Assembly (NCBI GenBank): GCA_963783375.1
Contig: CAWANH010000029.1
Location: 1,248,001-1,312,000, forward strand
Reading direction: 5' to 3'
DNA: 64,000 bases
Origin: Candidatus Eiseniibacteriota bacterium
GTDB lineage: Bacteria; Eisenbacteria; RBG-16-71-46; JABDJR01
The translations under genes and the position numbers were made by a program. Numbering within the stretch: position 1 is the stretch's first letter; every line of letters starts with the position of its first letter. The notes under the pieces are model-generated. The model was not told where the DNA came from. It made no database searches and saw nothing but the letters and a program-made list of their open reading frames with translations. Shown here piece after piece: positions 50,435-60,479 of this stretch.

Positions 50435-52570
50435 TCAGGCGGTATCCCCCTCGATCACCACCCGCGCCGGATCGAAGAAGTGCCCGAAGAGCCCCCGGGC
50501 CTCGGTCAACAAGGCCAGCCGGCGAGCCCGCTCCGCCGGATCCTCGGCCATGACCATGACGTCGTCGAAGAACCGGTCGATCGGGTCGCGGAGTTCCAGG
50601 AGCTTCTGAAGCATCGCCTCGTAGTCCTTGCCGGCTTCCGCTTCGGCCAGTTCGGCCCGGAGCCGGACCGTGGTTTCGTGGAGCAACCGCTCGGTCTGGT
50701 GGGCCCCGCCCCACGCGATTTCATCCGGGCTCGGGAGCGCGCCCTCGTCCACCCCCTTGAGGATGTTGGCCGCGCGCTTGAATCCGACGACCAGGCGCTC
50801 CAGATCCTCCCGCCCCCGAAGGCGGTGGAGCGCCTCGCCCCGGGCCAGGACGTCCAGCGGATCGTCCGCGTCGGCGGCCAGCACCGCCTCCACCTCGTCG
50901 TGGCTCATCCCCCGCTCCCGGAGGAAGAACGCGACGCGATCCCGCAGGAAATCCAGCACCTCGTCCCGGACGGCGGCCCGCCGCGCCTCGATCTTCTCGT
51001 TCCCCTCCCCGAACGCCCGGTCCGGTAGCCGTCCCGTCGCGGAGGCCACGATGCCCTCCAGCGAAACATGAAACTTGTTCTCCAAGAGTATACGGACCAT
51101 GCCGTTGGCCGCCCGTCGCAGCGCATATGGATCCTGGGACCCCGAGGGCACGAACCCCGCCGTCCAGCACCCCGCCACCGTGTCCGCCCGGTCGGCGAAG
51201 GCGACCAGGGTCCCCTCCAGGCTCTCCGGCAGGGGGTCCGACGCCCCCCGTGGCCGGTACTGCTCAGCCAGGGCCGCGCGCACCCCCTCGGGCTCCCCCT
51301 GGGCCTCGGCGTAGCGGGACCCGATCACCCCCTGAAGTCCGGTGAACTCCTTCCCGTCCTTGATCATCTCGCTGGCCAGATCCGCCTTGGCCAGCCGCGC
51401 CCCGCGAAGCGCGGCCTCCCGCCGCGCCGGCCACTGTACCGGGTACCATTGCGCCCCCAGCTCATCCACCAGCTTCTCCACCCGCTCCGCCTTGTCGCGG
51501 AGCGATCCCACCGACTCCAGCCAGACCACCTTGTCCAGGGATTCCGAGAGCCGCTCGAGCCCGGCCTTCATGTCCACCCGCCAGTAGAACCGGGCGTCCT
51601 CCAGCCGCGCCCGCAGCACCCGTTCGTTGCCGGCGATCACCTGATCCGGCTCGTCCCACCGCCCGTCGCACACCACCAGGAAGTGAGCCATGAGCCGTCC
51701 GCCCTCATCCTCCACCGCGAAGTACCGCTGGTGGGAGCGCATCGCGGTCACCACCACCTCCCGGGGAAGCTCCAGATAGGCGGTATCGAAACTGCCCGAG
51801 AAAACCGCGGGAAGCTCCGCCAGGAAAACCACTTCGTTCAGTAGCCCGTCGTCCTCCAGGCGCCGGCCGCCCAGGCGCCGGGCCTCGGCGTCCAGCTCGC
51901 GGGTGATGCGCTTTCGCCGCTCCGCCGGGGCCAGGACCACCCCCACCGACTCCAGCACCTCGTTCAGCCGGTCCGCGCTCCCCACCAGGTGCGCCCCCGG
52001 GGCCACCAGCCGGTGCCCCCGGGTCTCCCGCCCCGCGACCCGCCCCCCCACGGTCAGCTCCAGCACCTCGTCGTCGAGGAGCGCGAGCACCCACCGGACC
52101 GGCCGGGGAAACCGGAACCCGCCGCCGTTCCACCGCATCGTCTTGGGCCAGGAGAGCCCCTCCACCAGCCCGGTCAGGAACTCCGGGAGCACCTCCCGGG
52201 CTGCGCGCCCCGCCTCGTGAACCCGGGCGAGCACGAACTCCCCCTTCTCGCCGGACACGCGCTCCAGGGCATCCACCGCGATCCCGTTCTTGCGGGCGAA
52301 CCCCTCCGCGGCCTTGGTGGGCTTCCCGTCACGAAACGCAATGTCCACCCGAGGCCCCGTCACCTCGCGGGTGAGGTCCTCCTGCCGCTCGGCCAGCCCC
52401 TCGATCTCCAGCACCAACCGCCGCGCCGTCCCCGCCGTCCGCACCGACGCCGCGGCGAGGCGGAGCCCGGTCAGCCCCGCCCGCGCCCGGTTCCCGAGTT
52501 CCTCCAGCGCCGGCGGGAGGTATCCCGCGGGTATCGCCTCGCTCCCGATCTCCAGGGTCAACCGGCTCAT
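50435..52570 (-). CDS. glyS: Glycine--tRNA ligase beta subunit
   Basis: [62 protein letters not shown]. Confidence 0.96.
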   Translation of the reverse strand: MSRLTLEIGSEAIPAGYLPPALEELGNRARAGLTGLRLAAASVRTAGTARRLVLEIEGLAERQEDLTREVTGPRVDIAFRDGKPTKAAEGFARKNGIAVDALERVSGEKGEFVLARVHEAGRAAREVLPEFLTGLVEGLSWPKTMRWNGGGFRFPRPVRWVLALLDDEVLELTVGGRVAGRETRGHRLVAPGAHLVGSADRLNEVLESVGVVLAPAERRKRITRELDAEARRLGGRRLEDDGLLNEVVFLAELPAVFSGSFDTAYLELPREVVVTAMRSHQRYFAVEDEGGRLMAHFLVVCDGRWDEPDQVIAGNERVLRARLEDARFYWRVDMKAGLERLSESLDKVVWLESVGSLRDKAERVEKLVDELGAQWYPVQWPARREAALRGARLAKADLASEMIKDGKEFTGLQGVIGSRYAEAQGEPEGVRAALAEQYRPRGASDPLPESLEGTLVAFADRADTVAGCWTAGFVPSGSQDPYALRRAANGMVRILLENKFHVSLEGIVASATGRLPDRAFGEGNEKIEARRAAVRDEVLDFLRDRVAFFLRERGMSHDEVEAVLAADADDPLDVLARGEALHRLRGREDLERLVVGFKRAANILKGVDEGALPSPDEIAWGGAHQTERLLHETTVRLRAELAEAEAGKDYEAMLQKLLELRDPIDRFFDDVMVMAEDPAERARRLALLTEARGLFGHFFDPARVVIEGDTA

Positions 52571-53520
52571 CGCGCCGCCTCCTTCTCCGCCCGCTCCCGG
52601 GCCCGCTCCACCCACCGCTCACGCTCCGCCGGGTCCTCGATGAGCGGATACCCGAGCCGCTCCCGCTGGCGGAGGTAGGCCTTGGCGGCGAGCCGGGCCA
52701 ACCGGCGCACCCGTCCGATGTACCCGGTCCGCTCGGTCACGCTGATCGCCCCGCGCGCCTCCAGCATGTTGAACGCGTGAGAGCACTTGATCACGTAGTC
52801 GTAGCCCGGTCCCACCAGGTCCGAGGCCAACAGCCGCTCCGCCTGCCGTTCGAAGTCGGTGAACAGGCGAAAGTGCAGGTCCACGTCGGCCTGCTCGAAG
52901 TTGAACCCGCAGAACTCCTTCTCGTTCTCCAGGAAGAGATCGTTCCAGGTGAGGTTCCGGGAGATGCGGAGGTCCATCACCCGGTCCGCCCCCTGGAGAT
53001 AGGTGGCGATGCGCTCGATCCCGTAGGTGATCTCGGCGGAGATGAGATCCAGATCCATGCTCCCCACCTGCTGGAAGTAGGTGAACTGGGTCACCTCCAT
53101 CCCGTCCAGCCACACCTCCCAACCGAGACCCCAGGCCCCCAGGGTCGGAGATTCCCAGTCGTCCTCCACGTAGCGGAGATCGTGATGGGCCAGGTTCACC
53201 CCCATCGCCTCCAGTGACTTCTCGTAGAGCTCGAGCACGTTGTCCGGGGCCGGCTTCAGGAGCACCTGGTACTGGTAGAAGTTCTGCATCCGGTTCGGGT
53301 TCTCGCCGTAGCGACCGTCCTTGGGGCGCCGGCTGGGCTCCACGTAGGCCGCCTGCCACGGCTCCGGACCCAGGGCCCGGAGGAAGGTGGCGGGGTTGAA
53401 GGTGCCCGCCCCCACCTCGCTCGGGTAGGGCTGGAGGAGCACGCAGCCCTCGTCGCTCCAGAACCGCTGGAGCGCGATGAGCATTTCCTGGAAGTTACCG
53501 ACCGGCTTCGACGACATCAT
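52567..53520 (-). CDS. glyQ: Glycine--tRNA ligase alpha subunit
   Basis: [54 protein letters not shown]. Confidence 0.97.
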   Translation of the reverse strand: MMSSKPVGNFQEMLIALQRFWSDEGCVLLQPYPSEVGAGTFNPATFLRALGPEPWQAAYVEPSRRPKDGRYGENPNRMQNFYQYQVLLKPAPDNVLELYEKSLEAMGVNLAHHDLRYVEDDWESPTLGAWGLGWEVWLDGMEVTQFTYFQQVGSMDLDLISAEITYGIERIATYLQGADRVMDLRISRNLTWNDLFLENEKEFCGFNFEQADVDLHFRLFTDFERQAERLLASDLVGPGYDYVIKCSHAFNMLEARGAISVTERTGYIGRVRRLARLAAKAYLRQRERLGYPLIEDPAERERWVERARERAEKEAAR

Positions 53521-53592
53521 GATCCTGCTCTCGATTGGAGACGACCTTCGGGCCCGGGCTGTCCACGGGCCGGGAGTTTCGAGGAGCCGTCG

Positions 53593-53625
53593 ATTATACC
53601 GGCGGGCGGGATCGTCTGCTATACT
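53593..53625. promoter_or_regulatory. Divergent overlapping -10 elements (glyQS and beta-barrel gene)
   Basis: TATAAT on the minus strand at 53593-53598; extended -10 TGcTATACT on the plus strand at 53617-53625. Confidence 0.55.
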
Positions 53626-53697
53626 GCCTCCATACCCTCCTCGCCCCCCGACGGGATGTGCGCCGACCTGGATCGGGCATCCACCGGGAGACCCGGC

Positions 53698-54447
53698 ATG
53701 AATCGAACCGCTTTCTCGATCGCCCTGTTCGCGGCGGCCCTGGCCTGGACCGCGGGCCCGGCCCGGGCCGAGACGTCCCCCGACGCCCCCTCGCCGCCCG
53801 CGGTCACGCCCGACGGGCCCCGTCCCAAGGCCCAGTCCGGGCAGATCACCTTGCCCCTGCACCCGCGGGAACCCAGGGTCTCCCCCATGGCCCGAAAACC
53901 CGGAACCGCCAGGGCCGTCCGCACCCTCGACCGGTTCGAGCTCGCGGTCATCGTCGGCGGGGTCTATCCCGCCGGCTACCTCGACACCAAGAGCGACAAC
54001 GGGGTCCAGATGGGGTTCCAGGGGACGTACTATCCGTTCGCCCGGCTGGGGTTCGGCATGAGCGTGGTTCACAACGATCTGGGTTCGGCGACCCGCTACG
54101 CGGAAACCCCGGTGAGCGCCATCACCGAGATCGGGATCTTCGGAAAGTTCCTCCTCGGGGGAGAGAGCGCGCTCACCCCCTACCTGAGGCTCTCCTCCGG
54201 GTTCTACACGAACCGAGCCCGGGTGTTCACGACGGCCTCCGGGCCGGATCCGGTCGGGTCGGCGGATTACGGCGGGGTCGGCGTGGGGATCGGCGTGGGT
54301 CTCCAGGTCCGCACCGGCACCCCCACCGGCTGGTTCGCGGAGGCCCTGGTCCAGAACGATTTCGCCGATCCCAACCGGGCCTACGTATTCACCGGCCTCC
54401 GGGGCGGGATGAGCTTCACCTTCGGAGGACACCGGGGCGCGCGTTGA
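53698..54447 (+). CDS. Small outer-membrane beta-barrel protein (OmpA-TM-like)
   Basis: Signal peptide ARA-E; amphipathic strands, TPYL, GVGIGVG, C-terminal GMSFTFG. Confidence 0.7.
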   Translation: MNRTAFSIALFAAALAWTAGPARAETSPDAPSPPAVTPDGPRPKAQSGQITLPLHPREPRVSPMARKPGTARAVRTLDRFELAVIVGGVYPAGYLDTKSDNGVQMGFQGTYYPFARLGFGMSVVHNDLGSATRYAETPVSAITEIGIFGKFLLGGESALTPYLRLSSGFYTNRARVFTTASGPDPVGSADYGGVGVGIGVGLQVRTGTPTGWFAEALVQNDFADPNRAYVFTGLRGGMSFTFGGHRGAR

Positions 54448-54453
54448 ACCGGA

Positions 54454-55095
54454 TCAGAGCGCCTCGAGCGTCTTCATGATCCCCGCCGCCCGCCGCTCCA
54501 CCGCCTCGAAGTCCCCTCGCCGCAGGTCCTCGGAAACGAAGAGCGATCCCACGAGCCCCACTCCGAACGCGCCCGCCCGAAGCACCGCGGCGAAGTTCTC
54601 CGGGGTGACCCCCGCGGTGGGGAGGATTCTCAGATCGGGGAACGGCCCCCGGATCTGGCTCACGTGGGTCGCGATATCCGCGGGCGCCGGGAAGAGCTTC
54701 ACCACCTCCGCTCCCGCCCGGATCGCGGTCTGCATTTCGGTCGGGGTGTAGGCGCCGGGCACGGCCACCGCGTCCAGAGCCGAGGCCTCGGCGATCACCC
54801 CCCGATCCACCACCGGCGACACCAGAAAGCGCGCCCCGGCCGCCGCCGCCGCCCGGGCCTCGCCCACGGTGAGCACCGTACCCGCCCCCACCAGCAGCTC
54901 GGGCTCGCGCGAGAACTCGCTCACCAGCTCCAGCGCTCCCGGGGTGGTCAGGGTGAACTCCACCATCCGTATGCCGCCCGCCACCGCCGCCCGCATGGCC
55001 CGCCGGGCGACTTCCGTATCCGGCCAGCGCAGTATCGCGCTCACCCGTCGCTCCCCCATCTCGGAGAGCGTCTTTTTCCACCTGGTTCCGCTCAT
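54454..55095 (-). CDS. eda: KHG/KDPG aldolase
   Basis: VEFTLTTP, VGAGTV, FLVSP, PGAYTPTE, VKLFPA, PTAGV. Confidence 0.9.
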   Translation of the reverse strand: MSGTRWKKTLSEMGERRVSAILRWPDTEVARRAMRAAVAGGIRMVEFTLTTPGALELVSEFSREPELLVGAGTVLTVGEARAAAAAGARFLVSPVVDRGVIAEASALDAVAVPGAYTPTEMQTAIRAGAEVVKLFPAPADIATHVSQIRGPFPDLRILPTAGVTPENFAAVLRAGAFGVGLVGSLFVSEDLRRGDFEAVERRAAGIMKTLEAL

Positions 55096-55204
55096 GAGAC
55101 CTCCTCCGGTCCCCCCGGATGATCCACCTTGGAATTCGGGCTCCTACGATGCATACTGGGGAAGAATCCCCGCCAAGCCTCGGTCGTTATCGGGAGCCGG
55201 GCCC

Positions 55205-56257
55205 ATGGACTGGAAGACCTTCTATCGCGACGAGATATCGAGCCCCGAGGGACGCGCCCGCATCCGCGAGTGCTTCGAGACGTTGCCGGGGTACGACGAG
55301 GATATCGATCGGATCCTTCGCGACCGGGGCGTGCTTTCCTTTCCCCATACCTCCGTCTTCTACTCCGGCGGCGCCATCGCCCGGGTGGTGGCGGGACTGT
55401 ACCGAAACCGGATCAACAAGGTCATCGCGCTCGGCGTCCTGCACGGGGCCGCTCTCCCCCAACCCTACCGGGACAGCTACCGCGAGTATATCCGCCGCAT
55501 GACCGGCGCCGTTCCCGCCGAGGGCGACGCGGAAGCCTGGGACATGTTTCACCGGCTCAAGGGGGGGTTCGTCCCTCCCGGAGCCATCCGCACGGTGTTC
55601 GGTGAGCTTTCCTGCCCCATTCTCGGCCAGATCCCCGAGGGCATCGTGACCGAGGACGCCGACATCCTCCGAAACGAGTTTTCCCTCGATCTCTTTCTCG
55701 ATCTCATCGCGTTTCACGGGCAGGAGATCGGGTCGGCGCCGCCGGCCGTGGTCCCCCTGTACGTCGGCCTCACCCGGGATCCCTCCGGTTCCTACGAGAC
55801 CGCGTCGAAGCTCGCCGCCTGCATCGCCCACCGGTGCGACGAGCGGACGGCGGTGGTGGCCACCGGCGACCTGGTCCACTACGGTAACGCCTACTGCGGC
55901 GCCGAGGAAATGCGGCGCCTTCCCGCGGACCTGCGGAGCCTCACCCCGCACTTCCTCTCCCAGGTGCGGGATGTGCTGTCCCTGGGACTTTCCCGGCGCG
56001 ACTACGACGCCTTCCACGACGCCTCCACGCGGGTGTTGAAGAGCGATCAGTGGAATGTGTTGCCGGTGGTGGCCGAATTCCTGGGGGTGGGCGCGGAGTT
56101 CGAGATCCTCTCCTTCGCCCTCTCGGACTACGCCTCGATCCTGGGGGTGGCTCCACCGTGCCTGGTGGCCTCCACCCTCGCCGCCTTCCTTCCTCCCGAT
56201 CTCCCCGGAGGAGACGGGGAATCCACCCGCCCCGACGCCGGGGCCTATCTCACCTGA
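55205..56257 (+). CDS. Divergent MEMO1-family (AmmeMemoRadiSam protein B-like) protein
   Basis: FPHTSVFYSG, ALGVLH, TVFG, NEFSLD, ATGDLVHYG parallel the MEMO1 motifs PHAGY.YSG, GPSH, TPLG, EHS.E, SSD.SHY. Confidence 0.6.
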   Translation: MDWKTFYRDEISSPEGRARIRECFETLPGYDEDIDRILRDRGVLSFPHTSVFYSGGAIARVVAGLYRNRINKVIALGVLHGAALPQPYRDSYREYIRRMTGAVPAEGDAEAWDMFHRLKGGFVPPGAIRTVFGELSCPILGQIPEGIVTEDADILRNEFSLDLFLDLIAFHGQEIGSAPPAVVPLYVGLTRDPSGSYETASKLAACIAHRCDERTAVVATGDLVHYGNAYCGAEEMRRLPADLRSLTPHFLSQVRDVLSLGLSRRDYDAFHDASTRVLKSDQWNVLPVVAEFLGVGAEFEILSFALSDYASILGVAPPCLVASTLAAFLPPDLPGGDGESTRPDAGAYLT

Positions 56258-57032
56258 GCCCGGCGCCCCGTCCCAGCGACTGCGCCAACCGTAGCGCCCG
56301 CAACATCTCGTAGCGCTCGAGATGGGCCTGCAGGAAGGGCTCCATCACCCGGCCCACCGCCGCCGTCGCCGCCGCCTCGGGCGGGGCTTCGGCAATGTCG
56401 GCCAGGGTGGCGGTGAGAAGCCGGCGCAGGAGCCCGAGGGTCGGCCCGCCCAGATCCATCGCCCCCGGCACCCTCGCCGCGCAATCCGGGCAGAGAACGC
56501 CGCCCAGGAGGGCGGAGAACCCGATTTCCACCCCGTCCTCGACCGAGCCCTGGCACTCCACGCAGGCGTAGAGTTCGGGCCGGTGCCCGAGGAACGAGAC
56601 CGCCTTGAGCTCGAAGGCGCGAAAGACGGCGAGAAGCGCCCCCCGGTCCGCTTCCTCCAGCACCTCCAGGGTGCGCTGGGAGAGCGGGTAGAGGCGCCCC
56701 GGCGGCTCCTGTCCGGCCAGAACCTTCAGCAGGAACTCCAGCACCGCGACCCCGAACGCGTACCGCTCGGAGTCGTCGCAGAGCCCGAGATGGGGATCCA
56801 GGAGGGTGGCCTGGGAGAGGAGCTGAAGCTCCCGGGAGTCCTTCTGGTAGTAGACCACGTCGATCGAGGCGAAGAGCTCCATGGCGGCACCGAACCGGGG
56901 CTTGGCCGACCGCACCCCCTTGGCCAGGAGCGAGACCACCCCTTGCTCGGCGGTGTAGACGGTGAGGATCTTGCTGGTATCCCGGAAGGGGATGACCCGA
57001 AGGACGAGGGCCTCGCTCTTCTCGATGGCCAT
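56250..57032 (-). CDS. recO: DNA repair protein RecO
   Basis: ALVLR...DTSKIL, AKGVR, FELK, CxxC...CxxC zinc finger. Confidence 0.93.
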   Translation of the reverse strand: MAIEKSEALVLRVIPFRDTSKILTVYTAEQGVVSLLAKGVRSAKPRFGAAMELFASIDVVYYQKDSRELQLLSQATLLDPHLGLCDDSERYAFGVAVLEFLLKVLAGQEPPGRLYPLSQRTLEVLEEADRGALLAVFRAFELKAVSFLGHRPELYACVECQGSVEDGVEIGFSALLGGVLCPDCAARVPGAMDLGGPTLGLLRRLLTATLADIAEAPPEAAATAAVGRVMEPFLQAHLERYEMLRALRLAQSLGRGAGLR

Positions 57033-57038
57033 TGAGTC

Positions 57039-57815
57039 CTAGCGATCCTCTCCCGTGCCTTCTCCGATCTCCTCGCCGGCGTCGCCCCTCCGGCCGAACG
57101 GGTTCCGATTCCACCAACCGCGGCCCCGGCCCGGCGGCAGGTCGGGCAGGTTTCCGGACCCCATCCCCCGTCCGTCTTCCGGCACGAACGCCCCGCCGGA
57201 GATCACCATCTTGAGCCCCTCTTCCACCGTCATGTTCAGGCGGACGATGTCGTCCTCGGGGACCACCAGAAGGAACCCCGAGGTCGGGTTCGGGGTGGTG
57301 GGAAGGAACACCGACCGCACCCGGCGCCCGATCGTGGCCTGGATCTCGGTCCCCGGGACCTCGGTCAGGAAGACCAGGCACCAGAGGCCCTTCCGCGGAT
57401 ACTCGATCAACCCCACCGCCCGGAACACGCTCCGCCTGCTGGAGAGGAGGGCCGAGGCGATCTCCTTGACCGCAACGTAGATCTTGTTGAAGAGCGGGAT
57501 GCGGGTGAGGAGCTGGTCCCAGATCCGGTAGAACCGCCGCCCCACGTAGTTGTTGACCACCACCCCCACGAAGAGCACCAACAGGACCACGGTGATGAGA
57601 CCGGCCCCGGGAATCCCCCCCGGCCGCACCCAGCCGAAGCGGATGTCGTCCCACAACAGGCCGTCCACCCAGGCCAGGAGCCGGTAGAGCACCCACGCCG
57701 CCACCGCCGCCGGGGTCACCACCAGCACCCCGGTCAGGAAATGACGCCGGAGCCTCGCCCCCGCTTTCTCCGGCGAGCGGCCGACGGATTTGTCCGATCC
57801 CGGGTTCGTGCTCAC
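57039..57815 (-). CDS. DUF502 family membrane protein
   Basis: FLTGVLVVTP, RIPLFNKIY, IEYPRKG, FLPTTPNPTSG, EEGLKMVISGG. Confidence 0.9.
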   Translation of the reverse strand: MSTNPGSDKSVGRSPEKAGARLRRHFLTGVLVVTPAAVAAWVLYRLLAWVDGLLWDDIRFGWVRPGGIPGAGLITVVLLVLFVGVVVNNYVGRRFYRIWDQLLTRIPLFNKIYVAVKEIASALLSSRRSVFRAVGLIEYPRKGLWCLVFLTEVPGTEIQATIGRRVRSVFLPTTPNPTSGFLLVVPEDDIVRLNMTVEEGLKMVISGGAFVPEDGRGMGSGNLPDLPPGRGRGWWNRNPFGRRGDAGEEIGEGTGEDR

Positions 57816-59014
57816 GATGGCTCTCCTGCCTTCTCCTTGTCGATCAGGGTGAGGCGCAACGCGTTGATCCGCTGGGGCTCGGCCTGGGCGACCTCCAGCC
57901 ACACGCCGTCCACCTGGAGGCGCTCGCCCGGTCGGGGGACACGTTCCAGGTGATCCAGCATCAGGCCGGCCACCGTGTCGTACTCCCCCTCCTCCAGATC
58001 CAGGTCCAGCGCCTCGTTCAGATCGTCCACCCGCATGGCCGCGTCCACCCAGTACACCCCGGGCTCCAGCCTCCGCAGCTCGACTTCCTCCTCGACATCC
58101 AGCTCGTCGCCGATTTCCCCCACCAGCTCTTCCAGGAGGTCCTCCACCGTGATCACCCCGGCCACCCCGCCGTACTCGTCCACCACCACCGCCATCTGAT
58201 TGTAGGTGACCTGAAGTTCCCGGAGAAGGGTGCCCGCCGGTTTGGTGGCGTTGGTGAAATACGGCTCGTGGGCCAGGGATCCGGCGGTCGCCTCGGGACC
58301 CGCGCTCAGAAGATCGAACACGTGAAGCACCCCCACCACCGCGTCCGGCGACTCGCGATGGACCGGGTAGCGCGAATACCCTTCCCGGGCCACAAGCTCC
58401 AGCATCTCCGGGATGCGCGCCTCGGCGGGAATTCCCACCACCTCTTCGCGCGGCACCATGACGTCCTCCACCAGGGCTTCGCCGAACTCGTGGAGGGTGG
58501 TGAGGAGGTTCCCCTCCTCGTCGTCGCCGGTGTCGCCGGTGAGCCAGCGAAGCTCGTGGTCCAGCTCCACCACCCGCTCCCCCGCGGAGAGGACGCGATC
58601 CACTCCCGGTACCTTCTGCCAGGTGACCAGGGCCCACCGGAGCGGATGGGCCAGCACCTGGAGCGGCCGGAAGAGCATGCGGCCGGCCAGCCCCAGGGGG
58701 CTCCGCCAGTGGACCGCGGAGAGCCCGGCGCCACCCAGCGCCCAGAGCGCGGCGATCACGAACGCCGCGGGCAGGGGATACCGCTCGGGCGCGACGGCCG
58801 ACGCCCCGGCCAGGCCCACCAACGCCCCCGACACCAGAAACCGGCCCAGAAGCCGCGCCTGTCGCGCCGAACGCGCGAACTCGCGGCACGCCGCCTCCTC
58901 CTCGTCGCTCTCCATCCGGTCCAGGGCGTTCCGGCCGAACCACACCGCGGCCTCCTCGAGGAGGGCCGCCGCCACGAAGAGCGCCGCAATCGCCGCCCAG
59001 GGGAGAGCGTTCAC
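57812..59014 (-). CDS. HlyC/CorC (CNNM-CBS-CorC) family protein
   Basis: VMVPR, YSRYPV, VVVDEYGG..G.ITVEDLLEELVGEI.DE, YDTVAG. Confidence 0.9.
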   Translation of the reverse strand: MNALPWAAIAALFVAAALLEEAAVWFGRNALDRMESDEEEAACREFARSARQARLLGRFLVSGALVGLAGASAVAPERYPLPAAFVIAALWALGGAGLSAVHWRSPLGLAGRMLFRPLQVLAHPLRWALVTWQKVPGVDRVLSAGERVVELDHELRWLTGDTGDDEEGNLLTTLHEFGEALVEDVMVPREEVVGIPAEARIPEMLELVAREGYSRYPVHRESPDAVVGVLHVFDLLSAGPEATAGSLAHEPYFTNATKPAGTLLRELQVTYNQMAVVVDEYGGVAGVITVEDLLEELVGEIGDELDVEEEVELRRLEPGVYWVDAAMRVDDLNEALDLDLEEGEYDTVAGLMLDHLERVPRPGERLQVDGVWLEVAQAEPQRINALRLTLIDKEKAGEPS

Positions 59015-60033
59015 TTCGCGCCCCGTTCGCGCTCGTCGTGGAGCTCTCCCACGATCTCCTCCAGCACGTCCTCCATGGTGACGATCCCGACCTGGCGCCC
59101 CAGGACGTCGACCACCACCGCCAGGTGAGTCCGTCCCTCCTGCAATTCGTCGAGCAGATCGGCCACGGTCTCCTCACCGCGCACGAAATACACCGGGCGC
59201 AACAGCGCGCCCACCGAGGCCCCGGGAGGAGTCGCGTCGTGGATCCGGGTGAGGAGGTCCTTCACGGTGACCAGCCCCACCACGTTCCCCTCGCCGGGCG
59301 CGCCGCCGTCCTCCCGGGCTCCGACCGCGGGGAGCCGGCTGTGTCCGGAAGCGCGGACCCGGTCCGCCGCCTCGGAAGCCGAGGCGTCGGCCTGGATGCG
59401 ATCCACCGCGTCCCAGGGCGTCATGATGTCCCCCACCACGATGGTGGTGCTGGCCAGAAGCCGTCTGAGCAGCCGTCGCTCCTCCCGGCCGAGCCGGCCG
59501 CCCGCGCCGGTCAGCGCGGCCCGGGATTCGACCTGGACCAGGCTGGGGGAACCCGTGTCTTCCTCGTCGGGGGCGCGGAGCTTGAGCAGGGGCCGCACCG
59601 CCCGCGCCACCGGGAGGGTCAGCCGCGCCCACGCCGCATAGAGAGCGCCGGCCCGGAGGCGGGCGGCCCGTCGCACCACCGAGGAACCGCCGGTGGCCTC
59701 GGCGGTGGCGGTCAGGAACCACCCCACGACCCACGCCCCCACCAGCCACTCCCAGGGACGACCCAGGACCGCGGTGGCCAGGCACAGGGGCACGAAGGCC
59801 GCGGAGAAGAACCTCGAGAAGCGCAAACGGAGACCCAGGGTCACCGGCTCGTCCTGGAGTCGCCGGAGAAGCGCCCCCACCGCATAGTCGGGTTCCACCT
59901 CCCCGCGTTTCTCCAGCCGCACGAGGTCGTACCGTAGCCCCGCCGCGGTGGCTCCCACCCACCACACCGCCGCCGCCGCACCCACCCAGAGCGTGAACCA
60001 AACGGGAAGGGAGACGCCGGCCACCGAGTTCAC
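59011..60033 (-). CDS. CBS-pair membrane protein (CorC/GldE-like, lacking the CorC C-terminal domain)
   Basis: DIMTP, HSRLP, HLAVVVD..G...GIVTMEDVLEEIVGE. Confidence 0.8.
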   Translation of the reverse strand: MNSVAGVSLPVWFTLWVGAAAAVWWVGATAAGLRYDLVRLEKRGEVEPDYAVGALLRRLQDEPVTLGLRLRFSRFFSAAFVPLCLATAVLGRPWEWLVGAWVVGWFLTATAEATGGSSVVRRAARLRAGALYAAWARLTLPVARAVRPLLKLRAPDEEDTGSPSLVQVESRAALTGAGGRLGREERRLLRRLLASTTIVVGDIMTPWDAVDRIQADASASEAADRVRASGHSRLPAVGAREDGGAPGEGNVVGLVTVKDLLTRIHDATPPGASVGALLRPVYFVRGEETVADLLDELQEGRTHLAVVVDVLGRQVGIVTMEDVLEEIVGELHDERERGAK

Positions 60034-60479
60034 GCCCGCCCCTCCTCCCGCACCAGGGTGCCGGGGACGTAGCCGGTCAGCGCCCGGCGCTCCGCCGCCT
60101 TCATCCGGCGCCCTTCCACGGAGGTGTGATGGTCGTGGCCCAGGAGGTGGAGGATGCCATGGGCGATGAGCCGGGCCAGTTCGGACTCGAAGTCGTTGTG
60201 GAAGCGCGGGGCCTGCTCGCGCGCCCGCTCCACCGAGATGACGACGTCGCCGAGATAGTCGGGATCGTCCAGGGGGAAGGCCAGAACGTCGGTGGGCCGG
60301 TCCAGGCCGCGAAATCGAGCGTTCAGCTCGCGCACCTCCCGGTCGCCGGTCAGAACCAGGGTGACCGCACCCTCCCGAACCCCCTCCTCGCGGAGCAGGG
60401 TCCGGGCGAATCGCTTCACTCCGACCGGGTCAACCGCGATCGGTACTCCCCGCCGTCTCAGATGGACGCGCAAACCCAT
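60030..60479 (-). CDS. ybeY: rRNA maturation endoribonuclease YbeY
   Basis: LNARFRG.DRPTDVLAF, LGDVVIS, HGILHLLGHDH. Confidence 0.95.
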   Translation of the reverse strand: MGLRVHLRRRGVPIAVDPVGVKRFARTLLREEGVREGAVTLVLTGDREVRELNARFRGLDRPTDVLAFPLDDPDYLGDVVISVERAREQAPRFHNDFESELARLIAHGILHLLGHDHHTSVEGRRMKAAERRALTGYVPGTLVREEGRA

